DNA of 50,397 nt from Flavobacterium sp. (GCF_044368625.1 NZ_JBIPPD010000001.1:1-50397), one strand, 5' to 3'. Counted from the first letter of the stretch, positions 29,614 through 40,257 are shown. Numbers and translations: made by a program. The notes: generated by a model not told the origin, from the letters alone.

Positions 29614-29621
29614 TAAATTTG
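29614..29621 (+). promoter_or_regulatory. Bacteroidota primary-sigma -7 box for ssrA
   Basis: TAAATTTG matches TAnnTTTG, ~35 nt before the mature 5' end. Confidence 0.6.
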
Positions 29622-29655
29622 TGGTCTACTTTTTGCTAAACACAAATGGTAATAT

Positions 29656-30052
29656 GGGGTCGACTGGTTTTGACAGCAAGTCGAATTGAAATGTAAGCAC
29701 GTCGAGAACTGGGACAATTCTCGTTAATAAAAGGTTTCAAAACATTTACACGGCGAAGATAACTACGCTTTAGCTGCATAATCCGAATTATAGTACGATT
29801 TGCCTAGTTCCTATTAGATAGGAAAGCTGGATTCTCCTTGAAAGCCTTGGTTTGTGGCGTTCTATTCAGGGGAACCGTAAAAATAAACCTAGAGATGGTG
29901 AAGCTTTAGCGCTGTCTTGACACTAAAGAAGCTAAGTACTGAATGGCTGTTTCTGGCCGACCTCAGTAACGAAAAATCAATCAGGAAATAAGCGTGTAGA
30001 AAGCCTTTTGGTTGCTTGTTTGGACGGGAGTTCGACTCTCCCCGACTCCACA
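29656..30052 (+). ncRNA. ssrA: tmRNA
   Basis: 5' GGGGTCG pairs with 3' CGACTCC-A; T-arm GGGAG-TTCGACT-CTCCC; tag ORF 29752-29781 GEDNYALAA*. Confidence 0.97.
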
Positions 30053-30089
30053 AAAACCCTTGTAAATCTTTGGTTTACAAGGGTTTTTT
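30052..30089 (+). terminator. Intrinsic terminator of ssrA
   Basis: AAAAACCCTTGTAAA-tctttgg-TTTACAAGGGTTTTTT. Confidence 0.9.
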
Positions 30090-30162
30090 AGTTTTTAATA
30101 CAATTGAGTGTGCAAAATACTAATTATTCAATTTCCTCTATCAAAACCCCAACGATAAACCC

Positions 30163-30198
30163 AAAAAAAAACCTCAACATATTGCGATGTGAGGTTTT
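30163..30198 (-). terminator. Intrinsic terminator of PA2169-family gene
   Basis: AAAACCTCA..TGAGGTTTT stem, with A-run giving a U-tail on the minus strand. Confidence 0.75.
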
Positions 30199-30242
30199 AA
30201 TTTGGCTTTAGGAAGAAAGCCAATTCCGATAAAGCGGTGAGC

Positions 30243-30695
30243 CTAGTTATTGGCTTGGTCGCGTAAGGCTTTTACTTGATCGTGATCAGCACGAAGTTTA
30301 GTTTGCTGGTTTACAATTAGTGAAACGTATTCCATCGGTAATGTTTCGCGATTTTCAAGTGCTTCTGCATAGGCTTCTAAGGCTTTGTCTTCGCCAAATT
30401 CGCATGAATTCAAAATAGTACCGCGGTCGTTTCCTGTCAAGGCTGCTTTTACATCCATCCACACTCTGAAAAATTTTCCAGTGGTTCTTGTGCCTTCTTC
30501 TACTTCACCACCTAAACGCAGTACTTCGGAACGAAGCTCTGATAAATTTGCAAAACTTGTTGCTTTTAAAGTAGCAAAAAGGCCTCGTAAATCGGCATCA
30601 CTTGTTTCCTTTGCTGCTGTTTCATACCCTTCTACTCTGTCGTTGTTGATTTCAATCAAATTGTTTAAAACCGAAATTCTTTTGCTGTTTTCCAT
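30243..30695 (-). CDS. PA2169/DUF2383 ferritin-like four-helix-bundle protein
   Basis: LNNLIEINNDRVEGYETA, RVWMDVK and CEFGEDKA motifs; start MENSKR. Confidence 0.85.
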   Translation of the reverse strand: MENSKRISVLNNLIEINNDRVEGYETAAKETSDADLRGLFATLKATSFANLSELRSEVLRLGGEVEEGTRTTGKFFRVWMDVKAALTGNDRGTILNSCEFGEDKALEAYAEALENRETLPMEYVSLIVNQQTKLRADHDQVKALRDQANN

Positions 30696-31052
30696 AACTT
30701 TAATTTTTATTATCCAAAGTTCGAATTTAAAACAATAGCTACTATTACAGTATTTCCGTTTAGGGTTGTGAGATATCGCTTTGAGCGACAAATTGATCAT
30801 TTTTTGCTTAGCTTTCTACATCCATTTTACAAAATTTTTTTAAAAAAAGTAAACCATCAAAAATTTCAAGCATATTTCACGTTTTGAAAATCGGCTATTT
30901 GGACTTTATAAAATCCCCCAAATCGTCATTTCAATCACTGGTTATTTTTAGTATATTTAATACCAATAAAAAAACTATACACAAGCCTTTTTTATTTTTA
31001 TTTTTCTCATTTTCAATAAATTAAAATTTTTTTTTGTATACAAAATAATATT

Positions 31053-31994
31053 ATGCAGCAACAATCCTTTTTAGAAAATTTATACCAAAAACTTCTTTCA
31101 AAAGAAACAAAAGAAAAATTGGAGTACGCCATTTTATGGATTGCTTTAGCTAGTTTTATCATACACTTGCTGCTTATTGGTTTGGTTCATTTTGACTTTG
31201 TTACTTTTATCGAACCTTCAAAATTATTAAAAAACCCCATCGCAGCTATTTATACACCGTTCTCATTTATTCTGGTTTATGAGGTGTATTTATTGATTTA
31301 TTACCTACCAAAATCTACCTCTACCTACATTTCAAAGCAATATGAAATTATTGCCTTAATCATCATTCGAAGGCTGTTCAAAGACCTCTCCGATTTGTCG
31401 CTTTCAGCCAATTGGTTTACTATTAAAAATGATTTGCAGTTTACCTACGATTTGGTTGCATCGGTTGTTTTATTCTTTTTGATTTACCTTTTCCATATCC
31501 AGCGAACTAAGGTTTACCGCAGCGTCAACGAAAGTAAATCGCATACTCAAAGCATTTTAAAGTTTATTAATGCCAAAAAATACATCGCAACGGCCTTAGT
31601 TCCTATCTTGTTTGTCATTGCTATTTACTCATTTTTGGATTGGAGTTTGAGTGTTTTTCAAGTAGTTGACGCAAATACCACTAGCTTTAAAAACATCAAC
31701 AATATTTTCTTCGAGCAGTTTTTTAATATTTTGATTATGGCCGACGTAATACTGCTGTTGTTTTCATTTTTTCATACCGACGAATTTCACAAAGTAATGA
31801 GAAACTCAGGATTTATAATTTCGACCATTTTACTTCGAATCTCATTTTCAGTAACCGGAATTACGAATGTTGTCTTGATTATTTCGGCTTTCGCATTCGG
31901 ACTTTTAATGCTCGTTATTCATAATAAATTTGAAAAACAGTTGGCTTCCGGTACTATAAAAGAAAGTACCGCCCAACAGCCAGAGCCATCGTAA
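31053..31994 (+). CDS. Multi-pass membrane hypothetical protein
   Basis: 313 aa with ~7-8 hydrophobic segments; AIYTPFSFILVYEVY and RNSGFIIST blocks. Confidence 0.75.
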   Translation: MQQQSFLENLYQKLLSKETKEKLEYAILWIALASFIIHLLLIGLVHFDFVTFIEPSKLLKNPIAAIYTPFSFILVYEVYLLIYYLPKSTSTYISKQYEIIALIIIRRLFKDLSDLSLSANWFTIKNDLQFTYDLVASVVLFFLIYLFHIQRTKVYRSVNESKSHTQSILKFINAKKYIATALVPILFVIAIYSFLDWSLSVFQVVDANTTSFKNINNIFFEQFFNILIMADVILLLFSFFHTDEFHKVMRNSGFIISTILLRISFSVTGITNVVLIISAFAFGLLMLVIHNKFEKQLASGTIKESTAQQPEPS

Positions 31995-32087
31995 AGCATA
32001 TTCATGAATTAGTGTGCTATAAGGTTAGAGACGGGGGAAAAGCAATAATTATTCTTCACAAGGCAGGGTTATTTTTGTTAAAAGTAT

Positions 32088-32429
32088 TTATCGGTCAATA
32101 AAAGAATATGTAATTGTTTCATTTGAAGTATCAATTATAACGGATTCTCTTTGATTGGTCATTTCCATATTTAAGTAATAAATGCTCCCTTGCTTTTTAA
32201 ATTTGTCAATATCTTTAACATTCTTAAACAGGGATACGAAATCAGCTCTTTCAATTTTTATTTGAACAACGATGGAATTACTACCAAAACTACTACTTTT
32301 TTCATTTCTAAAATAAGTGTAGTTAACAATATCAACTCCTAAAATTTCAGAAAGTCTGCCCACAACTTTATCGTTTCTCGAACAAGAAACGACAAAACTT
32401 AAAGTTAATAATGTTAAAAATCGCCTCAT
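32088..32429 (-). CDS. Small hypothetical lipoprotein
   Basis: MRRFLTLLTLSFVVSC lipobox; 113 aa. Confidence 0.6.
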   Translation of the reverse strand: MRRFLTLLTLSFVVSCSRNDKVVGRLSEILGVDIVNYTYFRNEKSSSFGSNSIVVQIKIERADFVSLFKNVKDIDKFKKQGSIYYLNMEMTNQRESVIIDTSNETITYSFIDR

Positions 32430-32652
32430 AGCTTTTTTTACAGTCCATTGAAAATAAACCAGCAGTCTTAAAACGCCTTTAACTGCTTTGCAAAAGGCTC
32501 TAACTTCGCATCCCTCTAGTTGAAGCTTCGAATAGCAAGGTCACGATTTAGTTTGCTTCGAGGTCGATGCTATCGAAAAGCAAAATCTTCACTTCACAAA
32601 GCTATCAGGAATGGGTCAAAACACTTTTATAAACACAGTCAACTACCGAAAA

Positions 32653-34410
32653 TTACTCCGATTTCTTCACCTCACTTCTTGGTCCAATTCCATTGCTATT
32701 AAACGCTTCAATTTGAAAATAATACACATCCGAACGATCCAAACCGTTGAAGTAATATTCATTTTTGCCGTACACCATAATCGATCCGTACAATTTATCG
32801 GGTGATTTTCCGAAATAAATCACATAACCGTCGGCACTCGGTTCTTGTTGCCACTTGAACCACACATTTCGGCGTTCTCCTTTTACTTTTGGTCCAGAAC
32901 GCAACGGAATAAAATTCTGTACAGCATCAGGTTTATCGCCCGACCCTTTTCCAAAAACGCGAAAACCACTTAGGGCAAATGTTCCGCTTGTGACACCCAG
33001 ATTTTGTATTTTGATGAAACGGCATTTTACGGGTGTTGCCAATTCTACATATTCGTGCGGTACGTCTTGTTTATTCATACTTTTATCCAAAATTATCCGC
33101 CATTTTTTCCCGTCATCGGAACCGTATAAAATATACTGATGACCTGCTGGGTTATCTGGTTTTCCCATCAAAGTGGCATCTTGATCGGCATAATTGATTT
33201 GGATGGCATGGACCGTTGCAACTTCGCCCAAATCCGTTTGATACCATTCTGACTTATTGCCCGATTTGGCACTCCAATACGTTTTGATGTCTTCATCAAC
33301 GGCAAAATTCGGCTGGAACCCACCCAAAGTCGATGAAACTTACACGGGTTTGTTGTAATTCAAAAGCATCCAACCTGCGAAACTTTCACTCCAATGGCCT
33401 TTTTGTTCGACCGGCAAAAAAGTAGGATAATCACCATAAGCGGTGTTGGAGTACATGACATCATCGGCATCAAAACCCGCCGGCCAAATACCAATTCTTC
33501 TTTCAAAATTATTTTTGACGCAAATCCCAATAGTGGCCGTGTGCCAATATGTTCCATTCGCATCCTGGAAAGTTGCGCCATGACCTGCACCTCGAGCAAA
33601 TCCGCCAGGCTTGTACGAAAATGGATTGTGGGATTGGTATTCAAAAGGACCAAGCGGGTGTTTTCCTACATAAACTCCGTCGGCATAGCCGCTAAATTCC
33701 GTTCCAGGCGCTCCGTATTGCAGGTAATATTTACTATTATACTTGGTTACAAAAGCGCCTTCAGTAAAAGGTTGCAGAAAAGTATTGTCGTTGTTTTCGC
33801 CAAAGCGTTCCCAACCGTGTTCGTCGTCGTTCAATGCCAAAACCGGTACGCGATCGCCTTCGGGTAGGAAGGTTTTCCGATTTAATTTAACACCATAAAG
33901 TGGGTACAAATTGCTCGAACCATAATATTCGTACAACTCATCCTTTTCTTCGTCCCAAAAAATTTGTGGATCCCAAGCTGCAGCTTCTGATTTATGTACC
34001 AACTCTTTCCACTCGTTTTTTTCGGGATGGGTACTCATCCAAATCGGAAATTCTTTGGTGTGTGTCGAACCTTTAACCAACAAGGTATCGTTTACAAAAG
34101 AAAGTGTTGGCGCACACAGTTCGTCCCAAACTTTGTGTTCGGGGCGGAGAAATTTTCGCGAATGAAATTTCCATTTCAACATGTCCGAACTTATCCAATA
34201 GCCCCACTGATTGGTGGAAAAAAGGTAATAGTTTCCTTTGAAAAAAGTGATCACCGGATCAGCAGTCGCTCGGTGTTTTCCTTGTGTTACAAACGGTTCA
34301 ATAGGACAATAGGCATAATCGATATTGATGGGATTGCAATAGGTTTTCTGCTGACTTTGAGCCGAAATACAACTTATTAAAAGTATAAGTATAAGGTATA
34401 TTGTTTTCAA
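32653..34410 (-). pseudogene. GH43 + F5/8 (CBM32-like) + FN3 glycoside hydrolase with in-frame premature stop
   Basis: ADP, WDP, EG and YYLQY GH43 motifs. The two ORFs share a frame: AAA CCC GTG TAA GTT TCA TCG ACT TTG GGT (KPV*VSSTLG), stop at 33342-33340; 586 codons in total. Confidence 0.85.
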
Positions 34411-34482
34411 AATGAATTATTTAAATTAGACAAAGACGCAAAAATTGATTTTTAGCAGTGAAGGTGTCGCTTACTCGTTTTC

Positions 34483-34594
34483 GCGTGAGGGACGGAAGTG
34501 GAGCTCTCCCGAAGAAATTGCGATTCCGATAGCTATCGGAAGAAGCAATCTGCGGGAAGCGGGAACGGACTGCCCGACCCGTAGGGACACGCCC
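34483..34594 (+). repeat. GC-rich nested-hairpin element, Flavo-1-like, carrying an 18-bp perfect palindrome
   Basis: GCGTG/CACGC, GGG/CCC, TCCCG/CGGGA and ATTGC/GCAAT pairs enclose TTCCGATAGCTATCGGAA (34524-34541). Family name is from recall. Confidence 0.6.
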
Positions 34595-34641
34595 AAAAAA
34601 GACCTTGAATTGTATATGTAAACTTATCGTTTTTTGGTTTG

Positions 34642-34672
34642 AAAAAACCCCTTGACTTGCACCAAAGGGTTT
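34642..34672 (-). terminator. Intrinsic terminator after bglX
   Basis: Minus strand AAACCCTTTGG-tgcaag-TCAAGGGGTTTTTT. Confidence 0.7.
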
Positions 34673-34689
34673 CACAACTAACTCAATCA

Positions 34690-36984
34690 TTAAACAAACA
34701 AAAAATTAAGTTTCATTTGGGTTGTAGAATCGGGTCCGATAAAAACTTCAAACGTTCCAGGTTCTGCAACAAAATCCAGATCCGAATTATAAAATTTTAA
34801 ATCTTCTTCGGAAATGGTAAAGGTTATTGTTTTTGTTTCGCCTTTTTTAATAAATACTTTTTCGAAGCCTTTGAGCTCTTTCACCGGACGTGTTATGGTT
34901 CCCACAAGATCCCTGAGGTACAATTGGACGACTTCACTCCCGTCAAAATTTCCGGTATTGGTTACTTCCACAGAAACCGTAACTGATTCATTTTTAGAAA
35001 ATTGCTCTTTTGAAATTTTTAAGTTTTGATACGAAAAACGGGTATAACTCAACCCAAATCCAAAAGGAAATAAAGGTTCGTTGGGTACATCCAAATAGTT
35101 GGTTTTAAACTTTTCGAATTTTCCTTCAGTATTTCCCAAAGGTCTGCCGGTGTTTTTATAGTTGTAATAAATGGGAATTTGCCCCACACTTCTAGGAAAC
35201 GTCATTGTGAGTTTTCCGGAAGGATTTACATCGCCAAAAAGTACATCCGCAATCGCATTTCCTGTTTCCGAACCTCCAAACCACACATTTAAAATGGCAG
35301 GCACTTTTTCTTTTTCGTTGTTTAAAACCAAAGGTCGTCCGTTAAATAGTACCAAAACGACTGGTTTCCCTGTTTTTAATAAAGCATCGAGTAACTCTTG
35401 TTGGATTTTTGGAATTTCAAGATCGGTACGGCTGCTGCTTTCGCCACTCAACTCAGCCGATTCGCCCAATGCCGCAATAATTACATCCGATTGATTGGCA
35501 ATTTGCAAGGCTTCGGCGATTAACGCTTCTTTAGATCTTTTGTCGCGGTTTAAGGTTTTGCCGAACATCGTTCCGAGTTCTTCCAGTTTTTCATCTTCGG
35601 TCAAATTCGAACCTTTGGCGTACAAGACATTGAATTTATTTTGAGACGCATTTTGCAAACCTTTTAATAACGCAATGGAATTTTCTTGTTTGGTAGCCAC
35701 ACTCCATGTTCCGGCCATATTTTCTTTGGCATCCGCCAAAGGTCCAATCACAGCGATGGTTCCTTTTTTCTGAAGTGGTAAAAGTTGGTTGTCGTTTTTT
35801 AATAAAACAAAAGATTCCGATGCTGCTTTGCGGGCAAAGGTTTTGTGTTCGGTTGTAAAAATATCGGTTTTAGATCGGTTGACATCGCAGTATTTATAAG
35901 GATCGTGAAAAAGACCCAAATCGTATTTGGCATTTAAAATTTTGCAAACAGCATTATCGATGGTTTCGAGTTTAACTTTTCCTTCTTGCAATGATTTTTC
36001 TAAAGTAGACAAAAATGCGTCGCTCACCATATCCATTTCGATTCCGGCATTTAAGGCCATTGCAGCAGCGGTTTGCCTGTTGCCTACGCCGTGATCGACC
36101 ATTTCGTTAATTCCGGTGTAATCCGTAACCACAAATCCATCAAAACCCCATTGTTTTCTCAAAACATCGGTCATCAACCATGTATTTCCCGTTGCTGGAA
36201 TTCCGTCAACTTCATTAAAAGAAGCCATAGCCGTTCCCACTCCTGCATCGACAGCTGCTTTGTAAGGTGGGAAATATTCGTTGTACATACGAATCCGACT
36301 CATATCGACTGTATTGTAATCGCGACCGCCTTCTGGAGCGCCATAAAGTGCGAAATGTTTGACGCAAGCCATCAAAGTTGTATTTTTAGACAAATCATTT
36401 TGTTGGTACCCGTTAACCATTGCTTTGGCAATTTGGCTACCCAAAAAAGCATCTTCGCCCGAACCTTCCGAAACGCGTCCCCAGCGAGGATCACGAGATA
36501 AATCGACCATAGGCGAGAAAGTCCAGTTGATGCCATCGGCCGAAGCTTCTTTCGCAGCAATCTGAGCGGTTTTTTCAATTAATTTCATATCCCAAGTACA
36601 CGACAAACCGAGCGGAATTGGAAATGTGGTTTCGTACCCGTGAATAACATCCATCCCGAAAAGCAAAGGGATTTTCAACCTGCTTTTTTCAACGGCAATT
36701 CGTTGCACATCTTTAATTTTCTGTAGCGATTTAATGTTGAATAAACCACCCACTTTTCCTTCTTCAATTTTTTTTCCAACATCCGAACTGTTGGCTTGTC
36801 CAGTGGTAATGTCGCCAGCGGTGGGTAAATTGAGTTGGCCTAACTTTTCGACCAAAGTCATTTTTGAAATTAAATCCGTAACAAAAATTTCTTTTGGAGC
36901 AATTACGACGTTCTTTTTCTTTTTTTGAGAAAAAACGCTGATGGAACAACAGATGAATAATAAAGTGATACTTTTTTTTAACAT
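34690..36984 (-). CDS. bglX: GH3 beta-glucosidase
   Basis: DVIHG, RDPRWGR..EGSGED, KHF, VVTDY and SGESSSR motifs; C-terminal FN3-like domain; signal peptide. Confidence 0.93.
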   Translation of the reverse strand: MLKKSITLLFICCSISVFSQKKKKNVVIAPKEIFVTDLISKMTLVEKLGQLNLPTAGDITTGQANSSDVGKKIEEGKVGGLFNIKSLQKIKDVQRIAVEKSRLKIPLLFGMDVIHGYETTFPIPLGLSCTWDMKLIEKTAQIAAKEASADGINWTFSPMVDLSRDPRWGRVSEGSGEDAFLGSQIAKAMVNGYQQNDLSKNTTLMACVKHFALYGAPEGGRDYNTVDMSRIRMYNEYFPPYKAAVDAGVGTAMASFNEVDGIPATGNTWLMTDVLRKQWGFDGFVVTDYTGINEMVDHGVGNRQTAAAMALNAGIEMDMVSDAFLSTLEKSLQEGKVKLETIDNAVCKILNAKYDLGLFHDPYKYCDVNRSKTDIFTTEHKTFARKAASESFVLLKNDNQLLPLQKKGTIAVIGPLADAKENMAGTWSVATKQENSIALLKGLQNASQNKFNVLYAKGSNLTEDEKLEELGTMFGKTLNRDKRSKEALIAEALQIANQSDVIIAALGESAELSGESSSRTDLEIPKIQQELLDALLKTGKPVVLVLFNGRPLVLNNEKEKVPAILNVWFGGSETGNAIADVLFGDVNPSGKLTMTFPRSVGQIPIYYNYKNTGRPLGNTEGKFEKFKTNYLDVPNEPLFPFGFGLSYTRFSYQNLKISKEQFSKNESVTVSVEVTNTGNFDGSEVVQLYLRDLVGTITRPVKELKGFEKVFIKKGETKTITFTISEEDLKFYNSDLDFVAEPGTFEVFIGPDSTTQMKLNFLFV

Positions 36985-37042
36985 AGCAATGAATCTACGG
37001 GTTTAGGGCAATCAGGATTGCAAAATTATTTTATTGGTTTTA

Positions 37043-37750
37043 TTATTTTTTTTGAGCAAATAACCACTCGTAAAAATTTGGGTCGCTGTAGGCAGAATCC
37101 CAACTGTTGTGGTTGTCGTTTGGAAAAATGGTAAGACTGCAATTTGGATTAGCCTTTTTAAGTTTCTGATAAATATCTATTGACATATTTGGAGACACGA
37201 CATCATCTAGGGCTCCGTGAAAAATATGTACTGGCGTATTTTTGAGCACCTCAACATTTTTATAAATATTGACGTCTGTAACGCCACAAACGGGTGCTAC
37301 TGCTACAAAAAGTTCGGGATGCTCGGTGGCTAATTTCCACGTTCCCCAGCCGCCCATGCTCAAACCGGTCAGGTAAATGCGGGATTTGTCGACGTTGTAA
37401 GTTGTAGCAATGGACTGTATCAATTCATAAATTTCGTCGGTATTCCACCACGTATTTTCAGGACATTGCGGTGCTAAAATAGCAACATCGGTTTTCATTG
37501 CATTTTGATACGTAAACGGGCTGTGGTTCTTAACCATTTCCAAGTCCGTTCCTCTTTCTCCCGAACCGTGTAAAAAAACCAGTAACGGAAATTTTACTTT
37601 CTGGTTTTCTGGCAGTTGTAAAACGTAACGAACGTTAATGGTTGTTTTTATTTCTTTCTTGAAATTACCTTGTATTTCTTGCGAAAAAGATGCAGAAATA
37701 GAGGCAAGGAAAGAAATAATTACTAAATAAAGTGTCTTTTTAAATTCCAT
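37043..37750 (-). CDS. Secreted alpha/beta-hydrolase (esterase/peptidase)
   Basis: LHGSGERG, GLSMGG nucleophile, FHGALDDVV and HNSW motifs. Confidence 0.85.
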   Translation of the reverse strand: MEFKKTLYLVIISFLASISASFSQEIQGNFKKEIKTTINVRYVLQLPENQKVKFPLLVFLHGSGERGTDLEMVKNHSPFTYQNAMKTDVAILAPQCPENTWWNTDEIYELIQSIATTYNVDKSRIYLTGLSMGGWGTWKLATEHPELFVAVAPVCGVTDVNIYKNVEVLKNTPVHIFHGALDDVVSPNMSIDIYQKLKKANPNCSLTIFPNDNHNSWDSAYSDPNFYEWLFAQKK

Positions 37751-39140
37751 GTTGAGAAGATGTAAATCCTAAATTTTGTAAACCAGTGCGTACTTCGGGT
37801 GCATTCATGAACAAATTCCAAAGTAATCCAGTTCGGTGATTTTCAATCATCGGAATTATCGTTCCTTGGTCTATTGCCAAATATCTTTTGGTTACCCAAT
37901 CGTTAAAATGAGGCGATACCGCATCATAAGGTCCTGCTACACCTACAAACTTGCTTCTCTTTTCAAAATACAAATAACGCAGAAATTTCATAGATTCAAC
38001 TGGAGTGTACGGAAAATTAGATAAAGCCGCCGTTGGTGTTACTACTCCACGATCATTATTGGGTTGGTGTGCGGTATAGCCCACCGTTCCGTTTGTATTT
38101 CGAGTGTAACCTGCTGTTAAACCCCAGAATTTATCACTATAAGAAGTGAAATTCCCTGGATTTGCTACGCTATAATTCAACATTATTTTAGCGTGATTTT
38201 GCGTAAGATTCCAATAATTGGCATATTGATCGGTTAATCCGCGAGGGTCCAAACCTAAAAATGAATAATGCGACCAAAACATCGGACCCACCGAAGAAGT
38301 GCCGTTGTGGTTAAAAATTTTAGGCAAACCATAACTTGTTCCAGAAGTGACAATTGCTCCATTTCTAGCCCAACATTGGTTGTATACAGCATTTGAAATG
38401 GGATGAGTTGGACTCGCTTTAGCTAAAATATAAGTAATTAAAGTTTCATCAAAGCCTTGTAACTTAAAATTCATTTGCCACTGGTAATTGGGCGACCAAT
38501 GCCAATACAAATTGTTTTCGCCTTTGGTATACCAATCCCATTCGACGCCTCTCCAAAGGTCATCTGCTTTTTGAGCCAAAGCTATTTCTTCGGCATTACC
38601 GTTTTTAAAATATTCGCGGAGGCAAATTAAGGCTTGACACAAGAAAGCGGTTTCTACTAAATCGCCACCGTTATCAAACGTGCTAAACGGAATGACATCT
38701 CCATTTGTTCCGTTCATCCAGTGGGGCCATGCACCGTGAAACCTATCGGCGTTTTCAAGAAAGTTTAAAGCGGTTGTAAATCGTGAAACAGCTTCTGCTC
38801 TTGGAACAAAACCTCTTTCAACACCTACAATTAAAGACATTAAACCAAAACCTGAACCACCGGTGGTTACAATTTGGGCATCGTTACCGGGATCTTCTAC
38901 GTGATAACGTTCTCGGGCTAATTTTGAATTTGGTTCAGCATATTCCCAGAAATATTTTAAGGACTCCATTTGCACTTTGTCCATCAGTTCATTATCCGTT
39001 AAGGGAGGATAGGTGGGTTCCACAGGTTCTGGAACTACAATGGGTTCTTCCACAATTACGGGTTCTGACCACCATTCTGGATTGGTACACGAACTAAAGG
39101 AGAGTAAAAAAAAGGCTATTAAAATGTACATAAATTTCAT
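37740..39140 (-). CDS. GH144 endo-beta-1,2-glucanase-like lipoprotein (DUF3131)
   Basis: Lipobox FSSC, Pro-rich linker; GGSGFG, FHGAWPHW, DNGGDLVET, LYWHWSP and AIDQG..MIEN motifs. Confidence 0.85.
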   Translation of the reverse strand: MKFMYILIAFFLLSFSSCTNPEWWSEPVIVEEPIVVPEPVEPTYPPLTDNELMDKVQMESLKYFWEYAEPNSKLARERYHVEDPGNDAQIVTTGGSGFGLMSLIVGVERGFVPRAEAVSRFTTALNFLENADRFHGAWPHWMNGTNGDVIPFSTFDNGGDLVETAFLCQALICLREYFKNGNAEEIALAQKADDLWRGVEWDWYTKGENNLYWHWSPNYQWQMNFKLQGFDETLITYILAKASPTHPISNAVYNQCWARNGAIVTSGTSYGLPKIFNHNGTSSVGPMFWSHYSFLGLDPRGLTDQYANYWNLTQNHAKIMLNYSVANPGNFTSYSDKFWGLTAGYTRNTNGTVGYTAHQPNNDRGVVTPTAALSNFPYTPVESMKFLRYLYFEKRSKFVGVAGPYDAVSPHFNDWVTKRYLAIDQGTIIPMIENHRTGLLWNLFMNAPEVRTGLQNLGFTSSQHGI

Positions 39141-39233
39141 ATGGGAGATTTTTATTTGGTATTATAAATTTTAAAGATCTAATAACTACCGTGAAATGCG
39201 AATAAATTTCTATCAGCAAAATGCTATTTTAAA

Positions 39234-39264
39234 TAAACCCCAAACTTTTAGTGTTTGGGGTTTA
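39234..39264 (-). terminator. Intra-operon hairpin/terminator between LamG and GH144 genes
   Basis: TAAACCCCAAAC-N7-GTTTGGGGTTTA with T-rich tail on the minus strand. Confidence 0.75.
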
Positions 39265-39277
39265 AACTTTTAATTGA

Positions 39278-40180
39278 TTATCTTCCTGCAGCTTCTAAAT
39301 CATAAAGTGATTTTACATCAGATGCAACTAGTGCTTTTTTGTATACTCTGATTTCATCAATATTTGCTTGTGCAGGAGTTTGCCACGCATCTGGCGTTCC
39401 AGATACAACTGTACTGAAAGTTCCAATTATTGGTTTTGTAGGAGTAAAGAAATTTAAGGGTAACGCTGCACCACCACCTCTAACTTCGAATTTAGAATTA
39501 GAAATTTTTTGACCGTTTGCATATAAAACAAATTTACCCGTTGGAGCATCCCAAGTGGCCACATAATGAGCCCATTTTCCACCATTTTTGTTCGCATTTC
39601 CTGTATGACCATCTGCTAAATCAGCAGCATTTGGCTTTGGAGAATTGATAACATCTTGGTTGTTTGAATCCATACCATTTTTGATATTAACAAGTCCTTT
39701 CATAACCAAAGTGTCGTTTGTTGAAGGGTACCAACCTGTTTCTGCCATTAGATTGATGTTTCCAGACCAGCTATTTGGACGGTCTAAATTAAACAACATT
39801 GTTGGACGACCGTTAGCACCTTCACCACCGTTGTTAGTCACTTTAGCCCAAAGACTGATAGTCATACTTGGCATTGTGCTGCTTAAAGCTGCGATTTCGG
39901 GGTAAGCTAAATAACCATTAGCAAGTTTTAAACCTTGACCTTTTGCACCACCTTCATAAGTTGCACCAACAGTATTAGATGGTGAAGTATTGGATTTAGA
40001 TTCAATACCGTTTCCGTCTAAAGGCCAATGCGCTACTAAATCCGCAGCACCAACTTCATCGGCAGAATTGTAACCTCCGATAGGTGGTAATGACACGGTG
40101 TCGTCGTCGCCACAGCTTGCTAAAAATGCCAGTGATGATACTAAGATCATCGATTTCAATAAAATTTTGTTTGTTTTCAT
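39278..40180 (-). CDS. LamG/ConA-like surface glycan-binding lipoprotein
   Basis: Lipobox LASC; LVAHWPLDGN, TISLW, WAHYVATWD, LYANG and IDEIRVYKKAL motifs. Confidence 0.85.
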   Translation of the reverse strand: MKTNKILLKSMILVSSLAFLASCGDDDTVSLPPIGGYNSADEVGAADLVAHWPLDGNGIESKSNTSPSNTVGATYEGGAKGQGLKLANGYLAYPEIAALSSTMPSMTISLWAKVTNNGGEGANGRPTMLFNLDRPNSWSGNINLMAETGWYPSTNDTLVMKGLVNIKNGMDSNNQDVINSPKPNAADLADGHTGNANKNGGKWAHYVATWDAPTGKFVLYANGQKISNSKFEVRGGGAALPLNFFTPTKPIIGTFSTVVSGTPDAWQTPAQANIDEIRVYKKALVASDVKSLYDLEAAGR

Positions 40181-40257
40181 AATAAAAAGGGTTTGTAAAT
40201 AATTAGAGTTGATTGTAAATGCAACATGCATTTATATTGTTAGTGAATTTTTAAAAA

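Noticed and set aside
30053-32600. Genomic island integrated at ssrA
   Set aside because: No integrase and no duplicated ssrA 3' end found; a normal terminator follows the gene.
34421-34690. 89-aa ORF between bglX and GH43
   Set aside because: It reads through a terminator and the palindromic repeat and has no protein-like features.
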